A stretch of 63,683 nt of DNA, the filler included. It is 11 parts of 11 records of this genome, joined end to end, with 100 filler letters (N's around TTAATTAATTAA, not from the genome) between each part and the next. Parts side by side here need not be neighbours in the genome. Positions count along the whole stretch, not along the records: positions 1 to 7,776 come from SRR31156797_144815; positions 7,877 to 13,646 come from SRR31156797_145795; 9 more parts are not named here. One strand, given 5' to 3'. The translations under genes and the position numbers were made by a program. The notes beneath the pieces are model-generated. The model searched no databases and had not been told where the DNA came from. It worked only from the letters and a program-made list of their open reading frames with translations. This document shows, piece by piece, positions 1 to 10,318 of the stretch (positions are counted from its first letter, which is position 1; every line of letters starts with the position of its first letter).

Positions 1-4
1 CGGG

Positions 5-1321
5 GTGACCACCCTGACCATTGCCCCGGGCGCCGGCCTCCGGTTCAACCGGTATACGGGTCTCACGGTCGGGGCCAATTCGGGTGATCCGGGGGAACTC
101 CAGGCTGTGGGTACGGCCGACCAGCCAATCATCATGACCGCCAATCAGCCTTCACCCACACCAGGCCATTGGAAAGGTGTCTACTTTTACACCACTTCCG
201 ATCCTTCCTCACGTCTTGAACACTGCCTTGTCGAATATGGGGGACACGGAAATTTGGGAAGTGTATATGTCGTCAAATCAACCCCCAGTATCATATCTTC
301 TTTTGTTCGCCATAGTTCAAATTATGGAATTTACACCAACAGCTGTACTCCCCGGATCAGTCAGTGCGGGTTTTCGGACAATACCAATTATTCGGTGTAC
401 AATGTCAGCGCCGCCAATACCCTGTCGGCCCGGAATAATTGGTGGGGACATCCCAGCGGCCCCTATCATCCGACCTTAAACCCCGATGGAACCGGCCAGC
501 CGGTCAGCAATTATGTCGATTTTATTCCCTGGTTAACGGCCTCACAAGACAGAGATGCCGACGGCCTTTTGGATGTGGATGAATATCTGGCCGGTACCGA
601 TCCCCTGGATTCTGACAGTGACGGGGACGGTATGGCCGACGGCTGGGAAGCCGCCAACGGCTTTAATCTCCTGGAAAATGATGCCTTGGGGGATGAAGAT
701 GCAGACGGCCTGTCCAATCTGACCGAATACCTGGCCGGTTTAGGTCCGGCAGATACGGGCGAGGGGATTACCCTGGTTGATTTTGAAGGTGAATCCCTAG
801 CCCTTTTCTATTGGATCACACAGCCCCCGGGCAATTGGGCCGTGGGGACATCCCATTCCTATTCAGGCAGTTGTGCCCTGGAATCGATTCCTGCAGAGGC
901 CGGCGCCACTTCGGTCATAGAGACCGCCGTGAACTGCACCAATGGGCAGGTGGGATTCATGTTCAGCCTCACCGCCCGGCAGGGCGAGAACACCTTGTAT
1001 TTTTATATCGACGACACCCTCATGGGACAATGGTCCGGCGACCAGCCTTACCGGTCCGCCGTCTTTCCGGTCTCTCCGGGCCGTCATGACCTGAAATGGA
1101 TACACAATAAAGAAGGGGCCGGCGACAACAGCGGGGCCCGGGTGGACCATCTCGTTATGCCGGGGCGTCCTGATTCCGACGAAGACGGCATCCTTGACGG
1201 ATGGGAATACACATATTTCAACGGCCTGGACCACGACATGGCCTCAGACTCGGATTCGGACGGGGTTTCGGACGGGGCCGAGTATGACCGGGGAACGGAC
1301 CCGCTGGTGGCTCAGCCATGA
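5..1321 (+). CDS. Large extracellular/surface protein, C-terminal part (5' truncated at window edge); beta-helix-like region plus Ca-binding DxDxDG (thrombospondin type-3-like) repeats
   Basis: NNWWG..SGP motif after a right-handed beta-helix-like region; repeated DxDxDGxxDxxE motifs (DRDADGLLDVDE, DSDGDGMADGWE, DSDEDGILDGWE). Confidence 0.7.
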   Translation: MTTLTIAPGAGLRFNRYTGLTVGANSGDPGELQAVGTADQPIIMTANQPSPTPGHWKGVYFYTTSDPSSRLEHCLVEYGGHGNLGSVYVVKSTPSIISSFVRHSSNYGIYTNSCTPRISQCGFSDNTNYSVYNVSAANTLSARNNWWGHPSGPYHPTLNPDGTGQPVSNYVDFIPWLTASQDRDADGLLDVDEYLAGTDPLDSDSDGDGMADGWEAANGFNLLENDALGDEDADGLSNLTEYLAGLGPADTGEGITLVDFEGESLALFYWITQPPGNWAVGTSHSYSGSCALESIPAEAGATSVIETAVNCTNGQVGFMFSLTARQGENTLYFYIDDTLMGQWSGDQPYRSAVFPVSPGRHDLKWIHNKEGAGDNSGARVDHLVMPGRPDSDEDGILDGWEYTYFNGLDHDMASDSDSDGVSDGAEYDRGTDPLVAQP

Positions 1322-1833
1322 AAAGGAGGATCAAACAGGTGAAAACCGCTACAGCCGCAGCTATCCTGATAATGGCCGTGCTCTCCGGCACCGCCCTTGC
1401 CGGTCCGTCCCCCCTGTTCGCCACGGGCAGCCTGATGGAAGTGGACCGCCTGGCCTCTGCCTGGCTGATCAAGCGGTGGATTGAACCTGACGCTGAGTTC
1501 CTTTTTGTGCCGGACGGACAGCTGATCACCCGGGGAACGGCCTTTGACACCCCGGATGCCCGATTCTGCCGCACCCACAACAAGGCCACCTTTGAATTGC
1601 TTTTGGCACACTATAAAATCAAGGATCCCCGCCTCAGTATCCTGGCCGGAGCGGTCCACGAGGTGGAAATCAATTATTGGGCCGGAGGAGAGTCCCACCC
1701 CCTGGCCGCCGGAATGGCCCGGGAAATCCGGGATATCATTTCGGCCAACCCGGATCCGGTCCTCTGCCTTGGGGCGGCCCTGACCTATTTTGACAGGCTT
1801 TTTGACCAATTGTCCGTCAAGGACAAACTATAA
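1318..1833 (+). CDS. Secreted protein with chromate-resistance ChrB C-terminal domain
   Basis: VDRLASAWLIKRWIEPDAEFLF...FD..TFE.LL.HY.IKDP matches the ChrB_C pattern; N-terminal signal peptide (MKRR...TALA); ATGA overlap with upstream gene. Confidence 0.75.
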   Translation: MKRRIKQVKTATAAAILIMAVLSGTALAGPSPLFATGSLMEVDRLASAWLIKRWIEPDAEFLFVPDGQLITRGTAFDTPDARFCRTHNKATFELLLAHYKIKDPRLSILAGAVHEVEINYWAGGESHPLAAGMAREIRDIISANPDPVLCLGAALTYFDRLFDQLSVKDKL

Positions 1834-1854
1834 CCGTAAACAAAGGTATATATT

Positions 1855-2883
1855 ATGAGGTTTAATTTAAGATTCAGTCCCCGCATAAGGGTTTTGGTGC
1901 TTTGCGCCATGGCCGTCCTCACCTGGGCCGGCAGTGCAGCCGCCCGCCAGGTTGTGGTGTTCACCGCTTTGGACCAGGTGTTTTCCGAGCCCATCCTCAA
2001 GGATTTTGAAGCAAGGACCGGTATCCGTGTGAAGGCGGTATACGACCTGGAAGCCACCAAGACAACAGGGCTGGTCAACCGGCTCATTGCAGAAAAAAAG
2101 TCCCCTTTGTGTGACGTATTCTGGAACAATGAGGTCATCAAATCCATTGTTCTCAAGCAGAAGGGCATACTCCAGCCCTATGTGTCTCCTTCCGCAAAGG
2201 ACATCCCGGCCGCCTTTAAAGACAGTGAGGGATATTGGACCGGGTTTGCCGCAAGGGCCAGGGTGCTGGCGGCAAATACCCGGGTTCTGGACGCCGATGA
2301 CCTTCCTGGAGGGATTTTCCAGTTGACCGAGCCGCGGTTTAAGAACAGGGTGGCAATTGCCAATCCCCTTTTCGGGACTACGGCCACCCATGTGGCCGCC
2401 CTTTTTTCCCATTTGGGTGAAGAAAGGGCCAAGTCATATTTCAGGGCCCTTAACGCCAACGGGGTGCGCATCCTGGACGGAAATTCAGTGGTTAAGGACC
2501 GGGTAGGGGCCGGCGGGGTCTGGGTGGGGTTTACAGACACCGATGATGCCAATGTGGGTGTTGAGGCCGGCCTTCCCCTGGCAAAAATTTTTCCGGATAA
2601 AGAGGGTATGGGCACCCTGCTCATCCCAAATACCGTCGGCATGGTTGCAAATTGCCCCAACCCCGAAGAGGCCTGTCAATTGATCGATTACCTGCTCAGC
2701 AAAGAGGTGGAACAGCGGCTGGCATTCTGCCCTTCGGTTCAGATGCCCCTGCGGGGGGACGTCCCCACTCCCCCCGATTTTGTCACCATAGACCGGATTA
2801 ACGCCATGAATGTGGATTTTGAAGCTGTGGCAGAAATGATGGATACATCGGTCCGTTTTATCCAGGAAGAGTTTTTGAGGTAA
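1855..2883 (+). CDS. Fe(III)-type ABC transporter substrate-binding protein (AfuA/FbpA-like)
   Basis: Signal peptide; VVVFTALDQ, DVFWNNE, RARVL, IANPLFGTT and TDTDDA motifs; followed by permease and ATPase. Confidence 0.85.
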   Translation: MRFNLRFSPRIRVLVLCAMAVLTWAGSAAARQVVVFTALDQVFSEPILKDFEARTGIRVKAVYDLEATKTTGLVNRLIAEKKSPLCDVFWNNEVIKSIVLKQKGILQPYVSPSAKDIPAAFKDSEGYWTGFAARARVLAANTRVLDADDLPGGIFQLTEPRFKNRVAIANPLFGTTATHVAALFSHLGEERAKSYFRALNANGVRILDGNSVVKDRVGAGGVWVGFTDTDDANVGVEAGLPLAKIFPDKEGMGTLLIPNTVGMVANCPNPEEACQLIDYLLSKEVEQRLAFCPSVQMPLRGDVPTPPDFVTIDRINAMNVDFEAVAEMMDTSVRFIQEEFLR

Positions 2884-2887
2884 GTTT

Positions 2888-4501
2888 TTGCCTGTCCAGC
2901 CCCGATATATCAATTTTGTGAGTCTGACGCTCTTCGGCCTGATCGCCGGCCTGCCTGCAGCCTATATGCTGGCGGGACCGGTATGGGGTGATGGTGAATT
3001 GGGCCGTTCCCTGTCAGACATGGGGACATCCCGCCAAGCCGGGCTGTTCATGCGCAGCCTTGGGATGGCCGCGGCGGCAGCAATTCTGTCGGTTCTGTTG
3101 GGGACCCTCCAGGCCCTTCTCACTGCCCGGACCCGGGATGCGGCCCTGGGGTGGTGGCGGCATATTTATCTTCTGCCCCTGTGCATCCCCCCCCATATTC
3201 ATACCATTGCCTGGATTTATCTTGGCGGGGACACGGGCATTATAAACCGTCTCTTGGCCGGGATTTTCGGGCCGTCTGCCCCCCGGCTTGATATATATAA
3301 TCCCCTGTGGGCCGCCGTAATCCTGGCCCTTGCCTACCATCCCCTGGTTACGCTCATGGCCAGAAGCGGCCTGGCCTCCATGGATAGCCGCATGGAGGAC
3401 GCCGCCCTTCAATATCGGCCTCCGGCCAGGGTATTGAAGCAGGTGACCTTGCCCCTGCTGCTTCCCCATATTTTTGCAGGGGCTGTTTTTGTCTTTATCT
3501 TTGCCTTTTTTGACTATGGGGTTCCCGCCCTTTTACGGGTCCATACCTATCCTGTTGAGATTTTTGCCCAGTTCAGCGCCTTTTACAACGAGGCCGGGGC
3601 AACCGCCCTTGCCCTGCCGGTTATCCTGGTTGCTTTCCTGCTGCTGGCCGTCCAGGGGTATCTGATGCGGGGCCGCAGTTATGTGGTCATGGACAGCGGA
3701 CGGACCCGGGCCCGGCTCCTTTCCCTGGACCGGTGGCGGGTTCCGGCCGCCTGGTACCTGGCAGTCCTGGCCGGTACGGCTGTGGTGCTGCCCCTGGCCG
3801 TACTCACCGTTCAGACCCGGGGACCGGCCGTATTCAAGGCGGTGTGGCGCAGTGCAGGCCCGGAGCTTATCTTTACTGTCTGCATTGCCATAGCCGCGGC
3901 AACGGCCATTGTCCTGCTGGCCTTTCTGCTGGGGGGCATCCCAAAAAAGGGTATAAAAGGGGGGATGCTTGATTTTGTTTTTTTTGCCCCCCTGGCCCTG
4001 CCGGCCACGGTCCTGGGTATCGGGCTGATTCACGTCTGGAACAGGCCGTCCACCCAGGTGGTCTATTCAAGCGCCGTGATAGTGGTGATCGCCTATACCG
4101 CCCGGTTTGTTTCCTTCAGCCTTCTGGCCGTAACCGCAGGGATGCGCCAGGTGGGAACCAGTCTCAGGGAGGCGGCCTGCCTTTACCAGGGCTCTTTTTT
4201 TAAACGGAGTATCGCCGTTGACCTGCCCCTGTGCCTGCCGGCCCTTGCCGCTGCATGGGGCATCGCCTTTATCCTATGCATGGGGGAGTTGGGAACCACC
4301 CTGCTCATCATTCCCCCGGGCATGGGCACCCTTTCCCTTAAGATTTATACCCTCATGCACTATGGGGCCAATCAGATGGTTGCAGCCCTTTCCCTGGTGC
4401 TGGTCCTGGTCAACCTGGCTGCGGCCGCAGGAATTTGTTTTGCCACAGGACGGCTTGGCGCCGGGCCATGGGCCGATACCCCAAAGGGAGGAGGCCTATG
4501 A
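2888..4501 (+). CDS. Fe(III)-type ABC transporter permease (duplicated TM domain)
   Basis: 537-aa hydrophobic protein with two EAA-type loops (MEDAA, LREAA); TTG start. Confidence 0.85.
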   Translation: MPVQPRYINFVSLTLFGLIAGLPAAYMLAGPVWGDGELGRSLSDMGTSRQAGLFMRSLGMAAAAAILSVLLGTLQALLTARTRDAALGWWRHIYLLPLCIPPHIHTIAWIYLGGDTGIINRLLAGIFGPSAPRLDIYNPLWAAVILALAYHPLVTLMARSGLASMDSRMEDAALQYRPPARVLKQVTLPLLLPHIFAGAVFVFIFAFFDYGVPALLRVHTYPVEIFAQFSAFYNEAGATALALPVILVAFLLLAVQGYLMRGRSYVVMDSGRTRARLLSLDRWRVPAAWYLAVLAGTAVVLPLAVLTVQTRGPAVFKAVWRSAGPELIFTVCIAIAAATAIVLLAFLLGGIPKKGIKGGMLDFVFFAPLALPATVLGIGLIHVWNRPSTQVVYSSAVIVVIAYTARFVSFSLLAVTAGMRQVGTSLREAACLYQGSFFKRSIAVDLPLCLPALAAAWGIAFILCMGELGTTLLIIPPGMGTLSLKIYTLMHYGANQMVAALSLVLVLVNLAAAAGICFATGRLGAGPWADTPKGGGL

Positions 4502-5199
4502 TACGTTTGGAGGGGGTGGGCAAACAGATCCCCGGGGGCTGGGCCGTCAGGGACCTGGACCTGGAGGTATCCCCGGGGGAGACCCTGGTTCTCTTCGGCC
4601 CCTCCGGCTGCGGCAAGACCACAACCCTCCGTCTGATCGCCGGGTTTGACCGGCCTGACCAAGGGATACTCCGCATGGGCGGAAAACAGGTCAACAGCCG
4701 GTTCCGGCCCCTGCCTCCCCACCGCAGGGGGGTCAGTATGGTTTTCCAGGATCTGGCCCTCTGGCCCCACATGACGGCTGAAAAGCATCTTGGTTTTGCC
4801 ATGGGGGGAAGAAACACCAGGGACAGGGCCCAGAGGATAGGGGCCCTGCTGGACCAGGTGCGGCTGGGGAGCAAGTCCGGCTGCTATCCCCACCAGCTTT
4901 CCGGCGGGGAAAAACAGCGGCTTGCCCTGGCTAGGGCCTTGTCGGTTCAGCCCCGGGTGCTGCTCATGGACGAACCCCTGTCCAGCCTGGATGAAGGCCT
5001 GAGGTCGGCGCTCCTCCTGGATATTCGGGATCTCACCCGGGAAACCACCATGATTTATGTCACCCATGATCGCCGGGAAGCCCTGTTTCTGGCCGACCGG
5101 GTGGCGGTGATGGAAAATGGACGCATCGCGGCTGAGGAATATCACGGTGAAACCAAACCCGGCCGGTGCCGGGTCTTAACAAATAGATTGATCGGATGA
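4498..5199 (+). CDS. ABC transporter ATP-binding protein (FbpC-like, no C-terminal TOBE domain)
   Basis: Walker A GPSGCGKT, signature LSGGE, Walker B LLMDE; ATG 4498 after GGAGG RBS overlaps the permease stop. Confidence 0.9.
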   Translation: MIRLEGVGKQIPGGWAVRDLDLEVSPGETLVLFGPSGCGKTTTLRLIAGFDRPDQGILRMGGKQVNSRFRPLPPHRRGVSMVFQDLALWPHMTAEKHLGFAMGGRNTRDRAQRIGALLDQVRLGSKSGCYPHQLSGGEKQRLALARALSVQPRVLLMDEPLSSLDEGLRSALLLDIRDLTRETTMIYVTHDRREALFLADRVAVMENGRIAAEEYHGETKPGRCRVLTNRLIG

Positions 5200-5203
5200 C
5201 ATC

Positions 5204-6295
5204 ATGAAACTACGCATTATCCCCTGGATACCCCTTTTTTTCATTATGGCCGCCATTGCCCCGGCCCAGGCCGGCTATATCAGCCGGGTGACCGTTGACC
5301 CTGAAGGGGCAGACCCGGCCCGGGGCCAAACCGCGGCCATTTCCTGGGAGACCGGGGCTAAAGGCCTTGTGGACCTTTATATCTGCGACATGGACGGGGT
5401 GGTGGTCCGCCGCCTCATGGACCGCACCCGGTGCGGTGCCGGGAGCCACACCGCTCAATGGGACGGGACGGACGATGGGGGAGGGCTTCTGCCCAATGGG
5501 GCCTATTTCCCCTTTATCCGCATCATCACCCACCGCGGGAGTTTTGATGCATATGAACCTGTACAGGGCCGGTGGGGCGGCCGCCTGCCCGTAAAAGACC
5601 TGGCCTATGATCCAGACCTTAAAGAGATCACCTACACCCTTGAAAAACCGGCAATCTGCCTTGTCCGCATCGGGGAAAAGCAGGGAGGCCCCAGCTACGG
5701 CACCCTTTTGCACTGGGTGGCCCGCCCGGCCGGAGACCACAGGGAACCATGGAACGGAATGGATCTTCAAAACCTTTTTGAGGTGCATTCCCGGAAGAAT
5801 TTTAACATCATTTTTGATACCCTGGCCCTGCCGGCCAACGCCATTCTCCTGAGAGGCTCAACCGCTTCCCATACCCGGCCGGACCCCGCTGCCGAGCGCC
5901 TCTCCCTTCATCCCCCCACGGGCAGGGATATTTATATCCATTCCCTCCATCCCCGGTACCTCTGCCGGGACCCGGAGCTTAAGGTCACGGTCCTGGAAGG
6001 ACTTGAAACCGCAGCGGGGACGCTGCCCGGTACCAGGGGGCCCGTGATGCGCTTTGAAGTGACGGCCGTTGATCCGGACCAGGCCCAAAACATGGCCTTT
6101 GAGGGCTGCGAGGTCTATATCTTTGTGGACGGTGTTTTCCAGCAGGAGATAAAAACCCGGACCCTGCCGGCCGCCATCAGCCTTTCGGCAGCGGGAATAT
6201 CCCCCGGCCGACACATCCTGACCTTTAACCTTCGTTCCATAGAGGACCATGTGGGAAGCTTTTCCATGCAGATCGCCAAAGGAGGCGGCTTATGA
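5204..6295 (+). CDS. Secreted FlgD Ig-like domain protein
   Basis: Signal peptide (APAQA); G..VRRL......G.H...WDG.D..G..LPNG.Y FlgD-Ig motif, with a second degenerate copy (GDHREPWNGMD). Confidence 0.65.
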   Translation: MKLRIIPWIPLFFIMAAIAPAQAGYISRVTVDPEGADPARGQTAAISWETGAKGLVDLYICDMDGVVVRRLMDRTRCGAGSHTAQWDGTDDGGGLLPNGAYFPFIRIITHRGSFDAYEPVQGRWGGRLPVKDLAYDPDLKEITYTLEKPAICLVRIGEKQGGPSYGTLLHWVARPAGDHREPWNGMDLQNLFEVHSRKNFNIIFDTLALPANAILLRGSTASHTRPDPAAERLSLHPPTGRDIYIHSLHPRYLCRDPELKVTVLEGLETAAGTLPGTRGPVMRFEVTAVDPDQAQNMAFEGCEVYIFVDGVFQQEIKTRTLPAAISLSAAGISPGRHILTFNLRSIEDHVGSFSMQIAKGGGL

Positions 6296-7776
6296 TCCAA
6301 TCAGTCTTCAACCCCATGAAAATCATTTACCATATCCTGTGTTCCATCCTGATCGCCTGTTTCATGGGGCTTACGCCACCCCCGGCCCATAGCTCCTGCG
6401 CCATCTCGATCGCTCCCATGGGGATAGGGGAGAACGGGGGCAAAGCCCGCTGCCAGGGGGCCCCGGGCTGGACGGTGAACATGGTCAATGCCAACCATTT
6501 TGTCACAGACACCCCCCTGTGGTATGAGCCCGCCATAGGGCCCCCGGTGGAGATCACCCTGAACTTTAACTCCCAGGACTCCGCCCATCTGGTGGGGCTG
6601 TTCGGCCGGGGCTGGCGGTTCAACTACGGGTACGGGTCCAGATTCGGCACCGTGGACGCGGAGGGCTGGTTCAGGGATATCTTTCCCCCGCCCCCTCCGG
6701 GGAACGGGGCCGCCCCCCCGGCCGCCGCTGTGGATGCGGCGGAGATCGTTTTGCCCAGCAGCCGGATCATCAAATTTATGGATACCGCCTCTTCTAGCGA
6801 CCCCAGGGCCATTCCCAAAAAAAATACCTACGACCGGTTCTACGGAGAGCTGCGCAAGCTTGATGCCGACCGGTACGAGCTTGAGACCGAAACGGGCACG
6901 GTCTATTCCTATGAGGCCACAAACCTCAGCGTGGATGCCATGTCCTGGACCGACGACAGCCTTTACGAGCCTGTGTTCAGCCCCAGATTCTCCAGGCTCA
7001 CCGCCGTTACGGACCGGTACGGCAATGGGCTCACCTTTGAACATGAGGGCCTGAAGCCCACCAAAATCATCGACGCCCAGGGGCGGCAGACCACCATCTC
7101 CTACAACGGCCGGGGCCTGATCTCCCGGATTGAGGATCCCTTCGGCCGGACCGCCTCCTTTGAGTACGACGACCAGCTTTTTTTGACCAAAATCACGGAC
7201 ATGAACGGCTATTGGACGGAATTCGAGTACGGCCGGAGCACGGGCCGGCCCTATGAGGGGGTGGAGACCGAGTACGTCCTCGGCACCTATGTCACGGCCA
7301 TGCGGAACAGCCGGGGGGTTACAACGTTCTACCACGAGCGGGGGGAGCGCAAACTTGCCACCTTGTTCCAGCCCCCTTATCCGGCCCCGGGGGAGGATAT
7401 GCTCTCCAGCTACCGCCTCACCGTCACCCATCCGGACAATGCCAAAGAAGAGTTCTACTATTGCGGCCCCTTCGGCTACGGCTGGCATGTGAGCCCGGAA
7501 CATTATACGGCCTACGTGGACGAGCACAGGAACAATTATGCGGACAAGGTGCCCAAAACCCTTTACTACTATGGGGCTACGGCCAAAGGGCCCAGGGAGC
7601 AGATTGGAAAGATCATCACCCCCGAGGGCCATATCCGGGCATCCTATCAATACGATCCCCTTACCCAGAACATCCTGTCCACCACCAATGCCAAGTCCCA
7701 GGCCGTAAAGTTCACCTACAATCCCAAGGGCCGGGTGGCCACGGTGACGGATCCGTTAAATCGGGTGACCACCTAT
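6292..7776 (+). CDS. RHS/YD-repeat protein with signal peptide and DUF6531-like N-domain (3' truncated)
   Basis: YD repeats (DRYGN, DAQGR, DPFGR, DMNGY, DPLNR); FGRGWRFNY motif; runs into linker. Confidence 0.85.
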
Positions 7777-7876
7777 NNNNNNNNNNNNNNNNNNNNNNNN
7801 NNNNNNNNNNNNNNNNNNNNTTAATTAATTAANNNNNNNNNNNNNNNNNNNNNNNNNNNNNNNNNNNNNNNNNNNN
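7777..7876. other. Artificial contig linker (44N-TTAATTAATTAA-44N)
   Basis: N runs around a six-frame-stop spacer; identical 100-nt structure occurs ten times. Confidence 0.98.
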
Positions 7877-10243
7877 CCTGTCATAGTCAATCTGCGTGAA
7901 CCGGGACAACATGTTGTGGGCCAACTCTTTCATGGGAGAAAAAAAACGGTAGTAAACACTTTGGGGGGACAATATGTGGAACAGCTCAACCAGCAACGGG
8001 GCGTCTTCGGGCCGAATGGGACGAATGATCAGATTCCCCACCTTTACAAGGGTCACTTGGGACTCGTATCTCGTCGGATAGGGGCTGACAACGAGATGCA
8101 TCGGGGCCTGGCAGGATGCCGGTCTTAGCGCCATGCGGGCATCCACGGCAATGGGAAGGCAATTTTGTATGACCAGTGGATTGATATCCAGTTCCACAAT
8201 TTCCGGGAAATCCGTAACGAGCTGGGCCAGACCGATCAGGACGCGCTCCAGCGCTTCCTGATCGGTACGGGGAATGTTTCGGAACCCTTTCAGTAACGTG
8301 TCAATCCGCGTGCCTTCCATAAGACGTGAAGCAAGAAGGCGATTCAACGGCGGCAGGGCGATGGCACGATCCTTCAACAATTCCGCAAGGATCCCCCCCA
8401 TACCGAAAAGGATAACCGGTCCGAAATCCGGGTCCTGCTTGGCCCCGACAATCAATTCACAGGTGATCCGATCGATCATCGGCTGGAGGGTCACACCATC
8501 TATCCTGGCGTTTGGTGAATGTAGCAGCGCCTTGCCCATCAGTTTTTGAAACCCTCTTCTCACCTCTTCTTTGGAATTCAGATGAAGAAGAACACCGCCC
8601 GCATCGCTTTTGTGGATGATATCCGGTGAAAGAATTTTCATTGCCACAGGCATTTTCATCTTCTCGTAAATGGAACAGGCATCCTCCTGGGAGACGGCGA
8701 TGACCGTCGGATTCACCGGTATTCCGTATTTTCCCAGGATCGCTTTTGCCTGGACCTCCGACAGGATACCGCCGGGAATAGAAAGCCCCCTTTTGATCAG
8801 CGGTTCGGTCTTTTCCCGATCCGCTTCGATCCGTGAAGAGAGCCTTGGCGGAATTTGCTCGAGCATTTCAATTCCGCGGGTGTGACGGTACAGGTTCATG
8901 AATGCGCGAACAGCCCTTTCCGGCGTGTCAAAGGTTGGAAAACCGGCACAATTCAATATTTCCCTACCCTCTTCAACGTCCACGCCGCCAAGCCATGAAG
9001 TCAGTATGGGAAGCGGTGAATTCCCGTACTTTTCCACGAGCATCTTGGCGACTGCCTTTGGATCGGTCACTGCCTGCGGTGCTAACATGACCAGCAAAGC
9101 GTTTACCTCTCTTGCCCGAAGAAGAATCGATATGGCGTCCGAATACCGCTGGGGGGTGGCGTCGCCGATAATATCCACAGGATCGCCATGACTCCAGTGA
9201 TCGGGTAAAACCCTGTTCAAAGCTTCTATAGTATGCTGTGACAATACCACCGGATTCAATCCGAAATCAGCCATCGAATCCGCCGCCATAACACCGGGTC
9301 CGCCGGAGTTGGTAACGATAGCAAGCCCGGGGCCATGATAACGGCCTTGCCTAGAAAGAATTTCAGCCGTGTCGAAAAGCTCCTCGAAGGTTTTTACCCG
9401 AACGATACCCGCACGCTCGAAGGCAGCATCGTACACGGCGTCCTCTCCGGCCATGGCCCCGGTGTGGGAAGCGGCAGCCTTGGCGCCGCTCTTCGTTCTG
9501 CCAGCTTTCAGCGCAACAATGGGTTTTACACGGCTTACCGCCCGTGCTGCACTCATGAAATTACGATGCCGGGTGAGGCTTTCCACATACAGGACAATGC
9601 TGTTTACCTTTGCATCTCCCCCCAGGTAGTCAATGATGTCGCCAAAATCCACATCCAGCATGGAGCCGAGGCTGATAAAATGGCTGAAACCGATATGCTC
9701 TTTCACCGAAAAATCGAGGATCGCCGTACAGATGGCTCCACTTTGGGAAACGAAGGCCAACTTGCCATCCAGTGCCATTCGAGCTGCAAAACTTGCGTTC
9801 AAGGCTCCCGATCCGCACATAATGCCCAGACAGTTCGGACCGATGATCCTCAATCCGCTGTTTCCGGCCGCATGCAGAATTTTTTCTTCCATTTCCCTTC
9901 CCTGTGTGCCGGTCTCCTTGCCGCCCGCAGAGATGATAACGGCGCCGGCGACACCGGCCCGTGCACAGTTGGAAACGATGCCAGGCACGGTCTCCATGGG
10001 GGTTGCGATGACTGCCAGATCCACTGGTTCTTCAACTTGATCCAGCTCTGCCATGGCCTTGCACCCGAGGATCGACGAGCGTTTATTGTTAATCGGGTAA
10101 AGCGATCCGGAGAACCCGGCATCGATTAAATTTTTCATCACGGCCCCACCGATGGATCCCTGGCGTTCGGAGGCACCGACAATGGCGATGGATTTAGGAT
10201 GAAATAGATTGTCAAGTCGTTCGATACTCACGGTATACTCCAT
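7877..10243 (-). CDS. Bifunctional acetate-CoA ligase (ADP-forming) family / GNAT protein lysine acetyltransferase (Pat-like), 3' truncated
   Basis: IIGPNCLG, SQSGA, ASHTG, ATP-grasp HKSDAGGV and ELDINPL; start of GNAT domain (IRPIRPEDA..YYRFF..FTQIDYDR). Confidence 0.9.
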
Positions 10244-10318
10244 GTGTGGTTATGGGTTATGGGCCAGAGGCGATGGGCGATCACCTATGCGCTAAGAGCT
10301 ATAAGCAGCGATGAAGGA

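Noticed and set aside
7821-7832. TTAATTAATTAA recurring ten times as a possible biological repeat
   Set aside because: Always embedded in 44-N flanks; it is a synthetic six-frame-stop linker.
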